From positions 76,819-140,818 of the forward strand of contig CAVRVR010000009.1 of assembly GCA_963724595.1 (NCBI GenBank): 64,000 bases of DNA, written 5' to 3'. The DNA comes from an uncultured Alphaproteobacteria bacterium. GTDB taxonomy: Bacteria; Pseudomonadota; Alphaproteobacteria; Rhizobiales; Hyphomicrobiaceae. Numbering within the stretch: the stretch's first letter is position 1; every line of letters begins with the position of its first letter. Position numbers and translations under genes: made by a program. Below, one piece after another: positions 23,234 through 33,173 of the stretch. A model generated the notes under the pieces. It saw nothing but the letters and a program-made list of their open reading frames with translations. It made no database searches and had not been told where the DNA came from.

Positions 23234-23895
23234 GCGCCTTCCTCGCCCTCCTGAAGCGGGATTTGCGTCTCGCCGTGCGCCAGGGGGGTGCCCTCGGCAC
23301 CGCGCTCGGCTTCTACATGCTGGTGGTGACGCTGCTCCCGCTCGGGCTTGGCGCCGATCTCAATCTTTTGTCGCGCATAGCGCCCGGCGTCCTCTGGATC
23401 GCGCTGCTGCTGGCGGCGCTGCTGTCGCTCGGACGCGTGTTCTCCAGCGACTACGAGGACGGCTCGCTCGACATCCTGGCCACCGGGTCGCTGCCCATGG
23501 AGCTCGTCGTCACCGCTAAGGCGCTGGCGCATTGGATTTCGACGGGCATCCCGCTGGCGCTGATGGCGCCGGTGCTCGGGCTTCTGCTCAACCTCGATAT
23601 CGGCGCCTATCCGCTGCTGGTCACCACCATGCTGGTGGGCACGCCGGCAGTCAGCTTCATCGGCGCGGTCGGGGCGGCGCTGACGCTGCGCGCCTATCGC
23701 GGCGGCCTACTGATTGCGCTGCTGGTCCTGCCGCTCTACGTGCCGACGCTGGTTTTCGGCATGGCGGCAATCAACGGCCTGCTCGGGGGGACGGGAACAG
23801 GTAGCGCCTTCCTTATCCTTACCGCGCTTTCCCTTATTTCCGCCGTGCTTAGCCCGTTAGCTGCGGCTGCGGCGTTACGCGTTCAGATGCAGTAA
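23230..23895 (+). CDS. ccmB: Heme exporter protein B
   Basis: MSAFLALLKRDLRLA...DYEDGSLD...LLVLPLYVP; ATG at 23230. Confidence 0.93.
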   Translation: MSAFLALLKRDLRLAVRQGGALGTALGFYMLVVTLLPLGLGADLNLLSRIAPGVLWIALLLAALLSLGRVFSSDYEDGSLDILATGSLPMELVVTAKALAHWISTGIPLALMAPVLGLLLNLDIGAYPLLVTTMLVGTPAVSFIGAVGAALTLRAYRGGLLIALLVLPLYVPTLVFGMAAINGLLGGTGTGSAFLILTALSLISAVLSPLAAAAALRVQMQ

Positions 23896-23963
23896 TAATC
23901 GAGCTGCTCACTCAGTTTGGGGCTCAATTGCACTGGCGGCCCGGCTAGCTTAGATCGTCTCCA

Positions 23964-24723
23964 ATGCAGACCCTGACCCAACGCCTCGCCAACCCCACCC
24001 GTTTCATGGAGCTTTCGGCTCAGCTGCTGCCGTGGATTTCCGGCGCGGCCGCGGTCATCATTACCTATGGGCTGTACCTGAGCTTCTTCGTGGCGCCCCC
24101 CGACAGTCTGCAGGGCGAGACGGCGCGTATCATGTACGTGCACGTGCCGTCGGCTTGGCTGTCGATGGCGGTATACGCGTTGATCGCGGTGTCGGCATTC
24201 GGGCTTCTCGTTTTCCGGCATCCGCTGGCTGACGTTTCCGCCAAGGCGGCGGCGCCGCTCGGTGCGGCATTCACGTTCCTCGCACTGGTGACGGGATCGC
24301 TGTGGGGCCGGCCGACCTGGGGCACCTACTGGGTGTGGGACGCGCGGCTGACGTCAGTCTTGATCCTCTTCTTCCTCTACTTGGGGCTGATGGCGCTGCG
24401 TTCCTCTATCGAGGATGAATTGCTGGCGAGCAGGCTCACGGCCATCCTTGGCCCTCGTCGGCATCGTTATGCTGCCGATCATCAAGTTCTCGGTGGAGTT
24501 CGGCAACACGCTCCACCAGCCTGCAAGCGTCATCCGCGCCGGCGGCCCGACGATCGATGCCGCGCTGCTCACGCCACTTCTGGTGATGGCGGTTGGCTTC
24601 ACGCTGATGTTCGTCGCCATGCATTTGAAGGCGATGCGCAACGAGATCTTGCGGCGTCGCGTGAAGGCGCTGCAGCTCGCCGAGGTGGAGCGGGCGCAGG
24701 GTCAACTGGCGGCGGCGGAGTAG
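23964..24723 (+). CDS. ccmC: Heme exporter protein C (frameshift near 24450)
   Basis: RIMYVHVP, WGRPTWGTYWVWDARLT (WWD motif), PIIKFSV...TLHQ after the shift. Confidence 0.93.
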
Positions 24724-24727
24724 GCGC

Positions 24728-24907
24728 ATGGATCTCGGCATAGATTTGGGACCGCACGCGAGCTTCATCTGGTCGGCCTACGGCATGGTCGTGCTAGTCA
24801 TCGGAGGGCTCATCGCTTGGCTCGCCGTCGACGGGCGCGAGCAGGAGCGGCGCCTCGCCGAGCTCGCCGCGCGCGGCGTCAAGCGCCGCTCGACCGTCCG
24901 CTCCTGA
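24728..24907 (+). CDS. ccmD: Heme exporter protein D, 59 aa (absent from the ORF track)
   Basis: MDLGIDLGPHASFIWSAYGMVVLVIGGLIAWLAVDGREQERRLAELAARGVKRRSTVRS, between ccmC and ccmG. Confidence 0.9.
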   Translation: MDLGIDLGPHASFIWSAYGMVVLVIGGLIAWLAVDGREQERRLAELAARGVKRRSTVRS

Positions 24908-24919
24908 CATCGAGGATCA

Positions 24920-25558
24920 ATGGCCATGCAGCCGGGAGCAGACGGCACGCCGTCGGCACGCAAGAGCAACCTCGGCTGGGTACTCGCACCGTTGCTCATC
25001 TTCGCGGCGCTGGTGGCGGTGTTCGCTTTCGCCTTGAAAACCGGTGATCCCTCGAAGCTGCCGTCGGCCTTGATCGGCAAGCCGGCGCCGACGACTCAAT
25101 TCGCGCCTCTCGACGGCCTGGTCGAGGACGGCAAGCCGGTGCCGGGCTTCTCCAGCACCGAGCTGGCCAACGGCAATGTGAGCGTCGTCAATTTCTGGGC
25201 GTCGTGGTGCATCCCGTGCGCCGAGGAGCAGCCGCTGCTGCTCGACCTGCAGAAGCGCACCGGGATTGCCCTCTATGGGGTCAACTACAAGGACGATGTC
25301 GTGTCGGCGCGCCGCTTCCTCGGACGCTACGGCAATCCGTTCGCGGCCGTCGGCACCGACAGCGCCGGGCGCGGGGCGATCGAGTGGGGAGTTTACGGCA
25401 TGCCCGAGACATTCGTCGTCAATGGCAACGGCGAGATTGTATTCAAGCACGTCGGGCCGATTTCCCCCGAGAGCATGGAAAAGCGTCTCATGCCGGCCAT
25501 CGCGAAGGCGCAGGCCGCCACGGCTACACCTGCCGTGCCGCAGCCCACGGTCCACTAG
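24920..25558 (+). CDS. ccmG: Thiol:disulfide interchange protein DsbE/CcmG
   Basis: PSALIGKPAP, VNFWASWCIPC, WGVYGMPETF. Confidence 0.93.
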   Translation: MAMQPGADGTPSARKSNLGWVLAPLLIFAALVAVFAFALKTGDPSKLPSALIGKPAPTTQFAPLDGLVEDGKPVPGFSSTELANGNVSVVNFWASWCIPCAEEQPLLLDLQKRTGIALYGVNYKDDVVSARRFLGRYGNPFAAVGTDSAGRGAIEWGVYGMPETFVVNGNGEIVFKHVGPISPESMEKRLMPAIAKAQAATATPAVPQPTVH

Positions 25559-26193
25559 AGCGGGAAGAACTCATTGCGCGAGTGATTGAGCACCGACAGC
25601 GTCCCGCTGGCGATGTCGAAGTAGGCCCCGTGCAGCGACAGCCGGCCCTTGTTCTCCGCGTCGGTGATGAACGGGAAAGTGCGCAGATTGGTAATGGCGG
25701 TCTTGACGCCTTCCTTCTCCAGCGCCTGCAGCCGCTCGCTGTGCGGTCCGGTCTGATGGGAGGCGAGCACGCGCAGCCGCGCGTCGTCGAGCATCGACAT
25801 CCAGCGCGAGATGAACTGGGCGTCAGTCTGAATGGCGGCACTCTGGTCGAGGGCGGCTTTGACGCCGCCGCAGCCGGAGTGGCCCATGACGATGAGGTGC
25901 TTGACGCGCAGGTTGAGCACGGCGAACTCGATGGCCGAGCTGACGCCGTGGAACTTGCCGCCCGTCTCGTAGGGGGGCACGAGATTGGCGACGTTGCGCA
26001 CGACGAACAGCTCGCCCGGCATGGCGCTGAAGATCGTTTCCGGGTCGACGCGGCTGTCACTGCAGGAGATGACCATGGCCTCGGGGTTCTGCCCGTAGGC
26101 GGCCAGCTCCTCGTATTCCTCGGCCTTCGGCAGGAAATGCCGATGATGGAAGCGGCGGAAGCGGTCGGCGAGTTTTTCGGGGAAGCTGCTCAT
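25555..26193 (-). CDS. Beta-class carbonic anhydrase
   Basis: GQNP...SCSDSRV, PGELFVVRNVAN, MGHSGCGG zinc ligands. Confidence 0.95.
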   Translation of the reverse strand: MSSFPEKLADRFRRFHHRHFLPKAEEYEELAAYGQNPEAMVISCSDSRVDPETIFSAMPGELFVVRNVANLVPPYETGGKFHGVSSAIEFAVLNLRVKHLIVMGHSGCGGVKAALDQSAAIQTDAQFISRWMSMLDDARLRVLASHQTGPHSERLQALEKEGVKTAITNLRTFPFITDAENKGRLSLHGAYFDIASGTLSVLNHSRNEFFPL

Positions 26194-26424
26194 GATTTGC
26201 TCAATGCCCCAGTCGGCGGCAGGTGCGGGAGATGTCAAATCGTCCGGGTTGCCCGCCGCGGCGTGACGCTTTAACTGTCGGCGGGTTTGAAGGTTGGCGC
26301 CGCTTGCCGGCCTGCAACTCAAGGTCTATCGTCCCGCCCCGCTGGGGGATAGCTGAAAACGGTTCGCAATCAACGGCCACCGTACATCCGCCGGAAGGTG
26401 AAACAGCGAGCGGACTCGAGCCTA

Positions 26425-27987
26425 ATGAACGCGCGGCCCTTTACGTCGGCGACCTTCGGTCGCGATTTCCTTGCGTCAATCGTCGTCTTCCTCGTGGCGC
26501 TGCCACTGTGCATGGGCATCGCGCTGGCCTCAGGCATGCCCCCGACGGCCGGCATCATCACCGGCATCATCGGCGGTATCATCGTCGGCAGCATCTCGGG
26601 TGCGCCGCTGCAGGTCAGCGGGCCCGCTGCCGGCCTCTCGGTGTTGGTCTGGCAGCTCGTCGACCAGTTCGGGCTGCAGATGATCGGCGTCATCGTCTTA
26701 TTCGCCGGCCTCATTCAGCTCGTCGCCGGCCTGTGTAAGCTCGGTCAGTGGTTCCGCGCTGTATCCCCGGCCGTGATCAACGGCATGCTGGCCGGCATCG
26801 GCGTGCTCATTTTCGCTTCGCAGTTCCACGTCATGCTCGATTACAAGCCGATCGGAACAGGTATTCAGAACCTGCTCGGCATCCCCACGTCGCTGATGAA
26901 CGCCTTCTCCGAGGGCGGTACCCACCTCCAGGCTTTGGGCATCGGCGCTCTGACAATCGCGACGATCTTCGGCTGGAATGCGCTCGCTCCGAAAAGCTGG
27001 CGCCTGTTCCCGGCGCCGCTGGTGGGCGCCATTGTCGGCATCGGCGCAGCGGCTTTGCTCGGCTTCACCGACATTAAGTACGTCACCGTACCGGACAACA
27101 TCTGGTCGGAAGTCATTCTGCCGACCCCGGAAAAACTTATGCGCATTACCGAGTGGCCGGTTCTGCTCGGTGCCATCTCCATCGCCTTCATTGCCAGCGC
27201 CGAGACGCTGCTGTGCGCCACCGCCGTCGATCAGATGCATAGCGGCCCGCGTACGAAATACGATCGCGAGCTGACGGCGCAGGGCGTCGGCAACACCATC
27301 TGCGGCGTGCTCGGCGTATTGCCGATGACAGGCGTCATCGTGCGCTCGGGCGCCAACGTAGAAGCCGGCGCCATGACACGCGCCTCGGCCATCATGCATG
27401 GCCTCTGGCTGCTGTTGTTCGTGAGCGCGCTGCCGTTCACGCTTAAGTACATCCCGCTGTCGGCACTGGCGGCAATCCTCGTCTTTACCGGCTACAAGCT
27501 CGCCTATCCGAAGATCGTGCCGACGCTCCTGAAGTACGGACGCGGCGAGGTGCTGATCTATTTCATCACCATCATCATGATCGTGACTACCAACCTGCTC
27601 GAGGGTGTGCTCGTCGGACTCGGCTTGTCGCTCATCAAGCTGCTCTATGCCTTCTCGCATCTTGAGGTGCGCAAGGTTGAGAATGGGGCGGACAACAGGG
27701 TCGACCTCTTTCTCAAAGGATCGGCGACGCTCATTCGCCTGCCGAAACTGGCTGCCGAGCTCGAGCAGCTAAAGCCTGGCGCGAACGTGCACGTGCACAT
27801 CAATGAGCTCGACTACATCGACCACGCATGCCTCGACCTTTTAAGCAATTGGGACCGACAGCATGCTGCAACCGGTGGGTCGCTGACGATCGAGTGGGAT
27901 GAGCTGTCGAAGAAGTATCACCAGCGGCGCGTATCGAACATGAAGGCCGCACGTCAAGCAGCTGCCGCTGCCGCCGCGAAAGCTTAG
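26425..27987 (+). CDS. SulP/SLC26 family anion (probably bicarbonate) transporter
   Basis: VALPLCMGIALASG, QVSGPAAG, ELTAQGVGN...LPMTGVIVRS; degenerate STAS domain at the C-terminus. Confidence 0.92.
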   Translation: MNARPFTSATFGRDFLASIVVFLVALPLCMGIALASGMPPTAGIITGIIGGIIVGSISGAPLQVSGPAAGLSVLVWQLVDQFGLQMIGVIVLFAGLIQLVAGLCKLGQWFRAVSPAVINGMLAGIGVLIFASQFHVMLDYKPIGTGIQNLLGIPTSLMNAFSEGGTHLQALGIGALTIATIFGWNALAPKSWRLFPAPLVGAIVGIGAAALLGFTDIKYVTVPDNIWSEVILPTPEKLMRITEWPVLLGAISIAFIASAETLLCATAVDQMHSGPRTKYDRELTAQGVGNTICGVLGVLPMTGVIVRSGANVEAGAMTRASAIMHGLWLLLFVSALPFTLKYIPLSALAAILVFTGYKLAYPKIVPTLLKYGRGEVLIYFITIIMIVTTNLLEGVLVGLGLSLIKLLYAFSHLEVRKVENGADNRVDLFLKGSATLIRLPKLAAELEQLKPGANVHVHINELDYIDHACLDLLSNWDRQHAATGGSLTIEWDELSKKYHQRRVSNMKAARQAAAAAAAKA

Positions 27988-28021
27988 CGGCCGTCATCCG
28001 CTCTTAGCGGGATGACGGCCG
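27988..28021. terminator. Hairpin at the convergent sulP/nhaA junction
   Basis: CGGCCGTCATCC...GGATGACGGCCG 12-bp inverted repeat overlapping the nhaA stop; no U-tract. Confidence 0.45.
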
Positions 28022-29218
28022 AATTTGCGTCGCCGGCCGAGTGACGGCGCGCAGAACGAGGTAACCCGCGAGCGCTGCGGCGAGCGATCCGAGCAAAACG
28101 CCTATGCGGATCTCGGCAGCGCGCGTCGCGTCGGTAAACGCCAGCATCCCGATGAACAAGCTCATCGTGAAGCCGATGCCGCCAAGGATGGCAACGCCGA
28201 AGATCTGCGGCCACGTCGCGCCTTCCGGCTTGCTGGCGAGCCGCAGCCGAATAGCGGCCAGCGAGAAGGCGAAGATGCCGACCGGCTTACCAATCAGCAG
28301 ACCAAGCACGATGCCCATGGGAATGGCGCTCACTACGTGCGCGAGCGTAATGCCGGCGAGCGAGACGCCGGCGTTGGCCAAAGCGAACAGCGGTAGTACG
28401 CCAAAGCGAACCCACGGGCCGAGCGCCAGCTCGAGCCGCTCGAGCGTACTCTCCGAATGCCCCGGCGCCGGCGCCATTGGTACGGCGAGCGCAGTTGCGA
28501 CACCGGCGAGAGTCGCGTGCACGCCGGATTCCATGACGCACACCCAAATGAACAAGCCGACCAGCACGTACGGCCAGATCGTCGTGACGCCGCGATAGTT
28601 GAGCAGCGCCAGCGCGGCGATGCCGACGCCGGCCAAAGCGAGCGCGAGTAGCGACAATTGCGCCGTGTAGAAGAACGCGATGATGAGAATCGCGCCAAGA
28701 TCGTCGATGATGGCGAGCGCCAAGAGGAATATCTTCAGCGGCGCCGGGATGCACGGTCCGAGCAGCGCCAGCACACCGACGGCGAAGGCGATATCAGTGG
28801 CGGCGGGGATGGCCCAGCCGCGCAGTGCTACGGCGTCGCCCCAGTTAATGGCGACGTAGATCAGCGCCGGCACGATCATGCCGCCGAGCGCGGCGATCAC
28901 GGGCAGCGAAGCCTGCTTCGCCGTCGACAGCTCGCCGATGACTAGCTCGCGTTTGATCTCGAGACCGACGAGGAAAAAGAAGATGGCCATCAGGCCGTCG
29001 TTGATCCAATGCAGCAGCGACTTGTCGAGGGCGAAGGGCGCAAGGCCGATGGGCACATGCGTTTCCAGCAGCGAGTCGTAGAGCCCGCTGGCGGCCGAGT
29101 TCTGCAGGATGAGGCCGAGGAGCGCGGCGACAAGCAACACGATGCCGCCGGCCGCCTCGTGCTCGAAGAAGGCTTTGACGCCGCTGACGCGCGCCCCGTT
29201 CGGCTTCTTGCTGGCCAT
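28004..29218 (-). CDS. nhaA: Na+/H+ antiporter NhaA
   Basis: WINDGLMAIFFFLVGLEIKRE, GWAIPAATDIAF, LAIIDDLGA, GIGFTMSLFI. Confidence 0.96.
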   Translation of the reverse strand: MASKKPNGARVSGVKAFFEHEAAGGIVLLVAALLGLILQNSAASGLYDSLLETHVPIGLAPFALDKSLLHWINDGLMAIFFFLVGLEIKRELVIGELSTAKQASLPVIAALGGMIVPALIYVAINWGDAVALRGWAIPAATDIAFAVGVLALLGPCIPAPLKIFLLALAIIDDLGAILIIAFFYTAQLSLLALALAGVGIAALALLNYRGVTTIWPYVLVGLFIWVCVMESGVHATLAGVATALAVPMAPAPGHSESTLERLELALGPWVRFGVLPLFALANAGVSLAGITLAHVVSAIPMGIVLGLLIGKPVGIFAFSLAAIRLRLASKPEGATWPQIFGVAILGGIGFTMSLFIGMLAFTDATRAAEIRIGVLLGSLAAALAGYLVLRAVTRPATQIRPSSR

Positions 29219-29238
29219 TGCTTCCCCTCGCTTCGGCG

Positions 29239-30063
29239 TCAGACAGGCGCCGTCGGCAATGGGCGCGCGTTCGCCCATAAAGCACCCGCAGCAGCGAGCG
29301 GCAATTCACCCCGGCCATGGCTGGCGGCGACGCTAGCTTCGACGGCCGACGCGGCGGCGGCGAGGGCTGCGGCCGGCGCCTCGCCGTTGAGCAGCCGGCC
29401 GAGATACATCGCTGCGAGAAGATCGCCGGTACCGTGTGGGGCCGACGGCCGACGGGAGACGTAGCAGGCGATGCTCTCGTCGCTGCTGACCAGTACGTTG
29501 GCGAGGCGGTTGTCGGATGCCGGAACCGAGGTGGCGAGCACGGCCGGCACCCCAAGTGCCCAGGCAGCTTGGCGGGCCTCGGCGGCGTCACCCACGGGCA
29601 GACCGGCCAGCCACGACAGCTCGAAGCCATTGGGAGTAGCCAGGCTGGCGAGCGGCAGCAGCTCGTCGCGAATAGCGGCGGCCGTGGCTTCGGACAGGTA
29701 GAGCCCGTCGGGCTCGTCGCCGAACACCGGATCACATAGGTAGAGGGCGCCCGGGCTGGCGCGGCGTACGCGCTCCACGGCTGAGCGTGCCTCCGTGACG
29801 TGTGCAGGGCTCGGCAGGTAGCCGGTGATGATGGCCGCCGTTTCGGCCAGCCAGCCGTTGGCTTCGAGTGCATCGACGATAGCGGCGATCTGTCCGGGCA
29901 ACACGGGATCGCCGGCAAAACGTGGGTGGCCCGGATGGTTTGACAAAAGCACCGTCGGCATGCCGATGACCTCGTGGCCGAGCCAATGCAGCGCCGGAAC
30001 GATGGCGGCGAGGCCGACCGAGCCGAAGGCGACGTGCGAAGACAGGGCGAGAATGCGGGCCAT
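29239..30063 (-). CDS. pdxK: Pyridoxal/pyridoxine kinase (PdxK/PdxY)
   Basis: MARILALSSHVAFGSVG, TGYL, CDPVFGD, TPNGFEL, HGTGDLL. Confidence 0.88.
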   Translation of the reverse strand: MARILALSSHVAFGSVGLAAIVPALHWLGHEVIGMPTVLLSNHPGHPRFAGDPVLPGQIAAIVDALEANGWLAETAAIITGYLPSPAHVTEARSAVERVRRASPGALYLCDPVFGDEPDGLYLSEATAAAIRDELLPLASLATPNGFELSWLAGLPVGDAAEARQAAWALGVPAVLATSVPASDNRLANVLVSSDESIACYVSRRPSAPHGTGDLLAAMYLGRLLNGEAPAAALAAAASAVEASVAASHGRGELPLAAAGALWANARPLPTAPV

Positions 30064-30185
30064 CTTGCGACTGTGCCGAACCCAGGAGCGCGCGCCAAGG
30101 CACCTAGACGCGCGAAGTTGTGCGCGGACGCCTTGGTGTTCGAGGCGGCGCGCGTTATTGTGCGTCGCACAAGAGGGAGGCGAGG

Positions 30186-31082
30186 ATGTCTCGTCCACGA
30201 CGCAGTGTGCTCTACATGCCAGGGGCCAACGAGCGGGCGCTGAAGAAAGCCAAGTCGCTTCCCGCTGATGCGCTGATCCTCGACCTCGAAGATTCCGTCG
30301 CGCCGGAAGGCAAGGTTGCCGCACGCGACAACGTCTGTTCGGCAGTGAAGGCCGGCGGCTACGGCCGCCGCGAGCTCATCATCCGCGTCAACGCCATCGA
30401 GACGGCGTGGGGCATGGACGACCTACGGGCGGCGGCGAGCGTTGAGCCCGACGCGATCTTGGTGCCCAAGGCCTCGACGCCCGGCGACGTCGTCACTGTG
30501 GCGAAAGTACTTGGCGCCATCAACGCACCGCCCAAGGTGCGGCTGTGGGCGATGATGGAGACGCCGAGCTCGGTGCTGAATGCGCGCGAGATCGCCGCGC
30601 TCGGCTCCGATCCGGAGAACCGCCTCGCCTGCCTCGTCATGGGCACCAACGACCTTCTGAAGGAATCGCGCGCCCGCGCACTGCACAACCGCATCGCCGT
30701 GGTGCCGTGGCTGGCCATGACCATTGTCGCCGCGCGCGCCTACGGGCTCGACATCCTTGACGGCGTCTACAACGACTACCGCGACGAGGTCGGTTTCAGC
30801 GAGGAATGCGAGCACGGCCGCACCCTCGGCATGGACGGCAAGACGCTCATCCACCCCTCGCAGGTCGCCCCCTGCAACCAGATCTTCTCGCCGACCGAGG
30901 AGGAGGTCTCCTGGGCACGCAAGATCATCGCCGCCTTCGAGGATCCGGCCAACGCGCACAAGGGCGTCATCACCCTGGAAGGGCGCATGGTAGAGCGGCT
31001 GCACCTCGTCATGGCGCGCCGGACCGTGGCCATCGCGGACGCCATCGAGGCCATGAAGCGCACCCAGGAAGAGTGGCTCTGA
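30186..31082 (+). CDS. mcl2: CitE-superfamily CoA ester lyase, probably (3S)-malyl-CoA thioesterase Mcl2
   Basis: RRSVLYMPGANERALKKA, LDLEDSV, WAMMET, VMGTNDL, DGKTLIHP; adjacent to mch and sdh as in Rhodobacter. The specific activity is inferred. Confidence 0.7.
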   Translation: MSRPRRSVLYMPGANERALKKAKSLPADALILDLEDSVAPEGKVAARDNVCSAVKAGGYGRRELIIRVNAIETAWGMDDLRAAASVEPDAILVPKASTPGDVVTVAKVLGAINAPPKVRLWAMMETPSSVLNAREIAALGSDPENRLACLVMGTNDLLKESRARALHNRIAVVPWLAMTIVAARAYGLDILDGVYNDYRDEVGFSEECEHGRTLGMDGKTLIHPSQVAPCNQIFSPTEEEVSWARKIIAAFEDPANAHKGVITLEGRMVERLHLVMARRTVAIADAIEAMKRTQEEWL

Positions 31083-31182
31083 CCGTCCCATCTCGTTACA
31101 AGCGGCGATAAGGCTGTCGACAGAGCACGGCTTTTCGGACTAATCGGCACGCGCCTGATCGCGATGAGGACCCGACCACCCC

Positions 31183-32241
31183 ATGACATCCACCAAGACC
31201 AACCCCGGCAATTTCTTCGAGGATTTCCGCTTCGGGCAGGTAATCACTCACGCCACCCCGCGCACAGTGACGGTCGGCGATGTGGCGCTCTATACAAGCC
31301 TCTACGGCACGCGCTTTGCGGTGCAGTCGTCGGACGCCTTCGCCAAGGCCATCGGCTACCCAATGGCGCCGCTCGACGACCTGCTGACCTTCCACGTGGT
31401 GTTCGGCAAGACGACGCCGGACATCTCGCTCAACGCCATCGCCAACCTCGGCTACGCCAACTGCCGCTTCCTGAAGCCGGTCTATCCCGGCGACACGCTG
31501 GCCTCGACCTCGGAGGTGATCGGCCTCAAGGAGAATTCCAACCGCGAGACTGGTACCGTCTACGTACGCTCGACGGGGCGTAATCAGAACGGCGACGTGG
31601 TGCTCGACTATGTCCGCTGGGTGATGGTGCGGAAGCGCGACAAGGACGCGGCAACGCCCGAGGCGATCGTGCCGAATCTGCCGCAGCGCGTCGATCCCAA
31701 GGATTTGGGGGCGGCGGTGCCGGCGCTGAATATCGGCGGCTACGATTTCGCGCTCGCCGGTTCGCCCTATCGCTGGGGCGACTACGAGGTCGGCGAGAAA
31801 ATCGACCACGTGGACGGCATGACGCTGGAGGAGGCCGAGCACCAGATTGCAACGCGCCTCTACCAGAACACGGCCAAGGTGCATTTCAACCAGCATACCG
31901 AGGCCAAGGGCCGCTTCGGCAAGCGCATCGTCTACGGCGGCGTCATCATCTCGCTCGCCCGCGCGCTGTCTTTCAATGGGCTGAACAACGCCTTCCACCT
32001 CGCTGCCATCAACGGCGGCCGCCACGTGTCGCCCTGCTTTGCCGGCGATACGGTCTATGCCTGGTCGGAGGTGCTGGAAAAGGCGGAGCTGCCTGGGCGC
32101 TCGGACGTCGGCGCGCTGCGCACGCGGCTCGTCGCCGTGAAGGACAACGACTGCGCCACCTTCCCGCTGAAGAAAGAGGATGGCCAGTACGCCGACGGCG
32201 TCATGCTCGATCTCGACACTTGGGTGCTGCTGCCGCGTTGA
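31183..32241 (+). CDS. mch: Mesaconyl-C1-CoA hydratase (double MaoC hot-dog fold)
   Basis: KTNPGNFFEDF...HATPRTVT...FHVVFGKT.PDISLNA.ANLGYA...YQNTAKVHFN, characteristic of Mch. Confidence 0.85.
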   Translation: MTSTKTNPGNFFEDFRFGQVITHATPRTVTVGDVALYTSLYGTRFAVQSSDAFAKAIGYPMAPLDDLLTFHVVFGKTTPDISLNAIANLGYANCRFLKPVYPGDTLASTSEVIGLKENSNRETGTVYVRSTGRNQNGDVVLDYVRWVMVRKRDKDAATPEAIVPNLPQRVDPKDLGAAVPALNIGGYDFALAGSPYRWGDYEVGEKIDHVDGMTLEEAEHQIATRLYQNTAKVHFNQHTEAKGRFGKRIVYGGVIISLARALSFNGLNNAFHLAAINGGRHVSPCFAGDTVYAWSEVLEKAELPGRSDVGALRTRLVAVKDNDCATFPLKKEDGQYADGVMLDLDTWVLLPR

Positions 32242-32372
32242 TCCCGAGCTGTTGCCTCGGATTTTCGGCCGCGACAGGTGTGAGAGCAGCTCTGAAGATG
32301 TGGCGAATGGCGATTTGCCGCCCGCAAGGCGGCGCGCTAAAAGGCCAACGGACCGAACAACGAGGCAATCCC

Positions 32373-32798
32373 ATGGCCGGGAGCACCGAGCGGCGGGCGC
32401 GCGAGCGGCCGCTTTCTCCGCACCTGCAAATCTACCGACTGCAAATCAACATGGTGATGTCGATCGCGCATCGCATCACCGGCGCGGCGATGTACGTCGG
32501 CACCGTGCTCATGGCTGGCTGGCTGTTCGCCGCGGCGACGAGCCCAGAGTTGTTCGCTTGGGTCAACGGACTGTTTGCCTCCTGGCCGGGAATGATCGTG
32601 CTGGTGGGCTATTCCTGGGCGCTGATCCACCACGCGCTGGGCGGCATGCGCCACTTCATCTGGGACACCGGGTCGGGCCTCGACATCGGAACTGTCGACC
32701 TGTTGTCGTGGAGCACGATCGTGCTGTCTGTGCTGCTGACGGCGGCGCTGTGGCTCTACATCGGAATTGAGCGCGGATGGGTGACGGCATGGCAATGA
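32373..32798 (+). CDS. sdhC: Succinate dehydrogenase cytochrome b556 subunit
   Basis: RPLSPHLQIYR, SIAHRITG, HALGGMRHFIWD. Confidence 0.95.
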   Translation: MAGSTERRARERPLSPHLQIYRLQINMVMSIAHRITGAAMYVGTVLMAGWLFAAATSPELFAWVNGLFASWPGMIVLVGYSWALIHHALGGMRHFIWDTGSGLDIGTVDLLSWSTIVLSVLLTAALWLYIGIERGWVTAWQ

Positions 32799-33169
32799 CG
32801 ACACCGCTCAAGCGGGCGCGCGGCCTGGGCTCGGCCCATGAGGGCCCCGAGCACTTCATGAAGCAGCGGATCACCGCCGCTGCCAACCTCATTCTCTTGT
32901 CGTTCGCGGTCGGACTCATCGCCTCGCTGGCCGGTACCGAGCTTAGCACCGTCAAAGCGACGCTGGCGCATCCGGTGGTGGCCATTGCGCTTCTCGCGCT
33001 CATCGTGTCGGTCACCGTGCACATGCGCATCGGCATGCAGGTGATTATCGAGGACTACATTCACGGCGAGGCGCTCAAGATGCTCCTCTTGCTCGGCAAC
33101 ACGTTTTTCGCAGCCGCCATCGCCGCGGTGTCGATCTTCGCCGTGCTGAAATTGAGCTTCGGGGGTTAG
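32789..33169 (+). CDS. sdhD: Succinate dehydrogenase membrane anchor
   Basis: [35 protein letters not shown]. Confidence 0.95.
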   Translation: MAMTTPLKRARGLGSAHEGPEHFMKQRITAAANLILLSFAVGLIASLAGTELSTVKATLAHPVVAIALLALIVSVTVHMRIGMQVIIEDYIHGEALKMLLLLGNTFFAAAIAAVSIFAVLKLSFGG

Positions 33170-33173
33170 GTCG

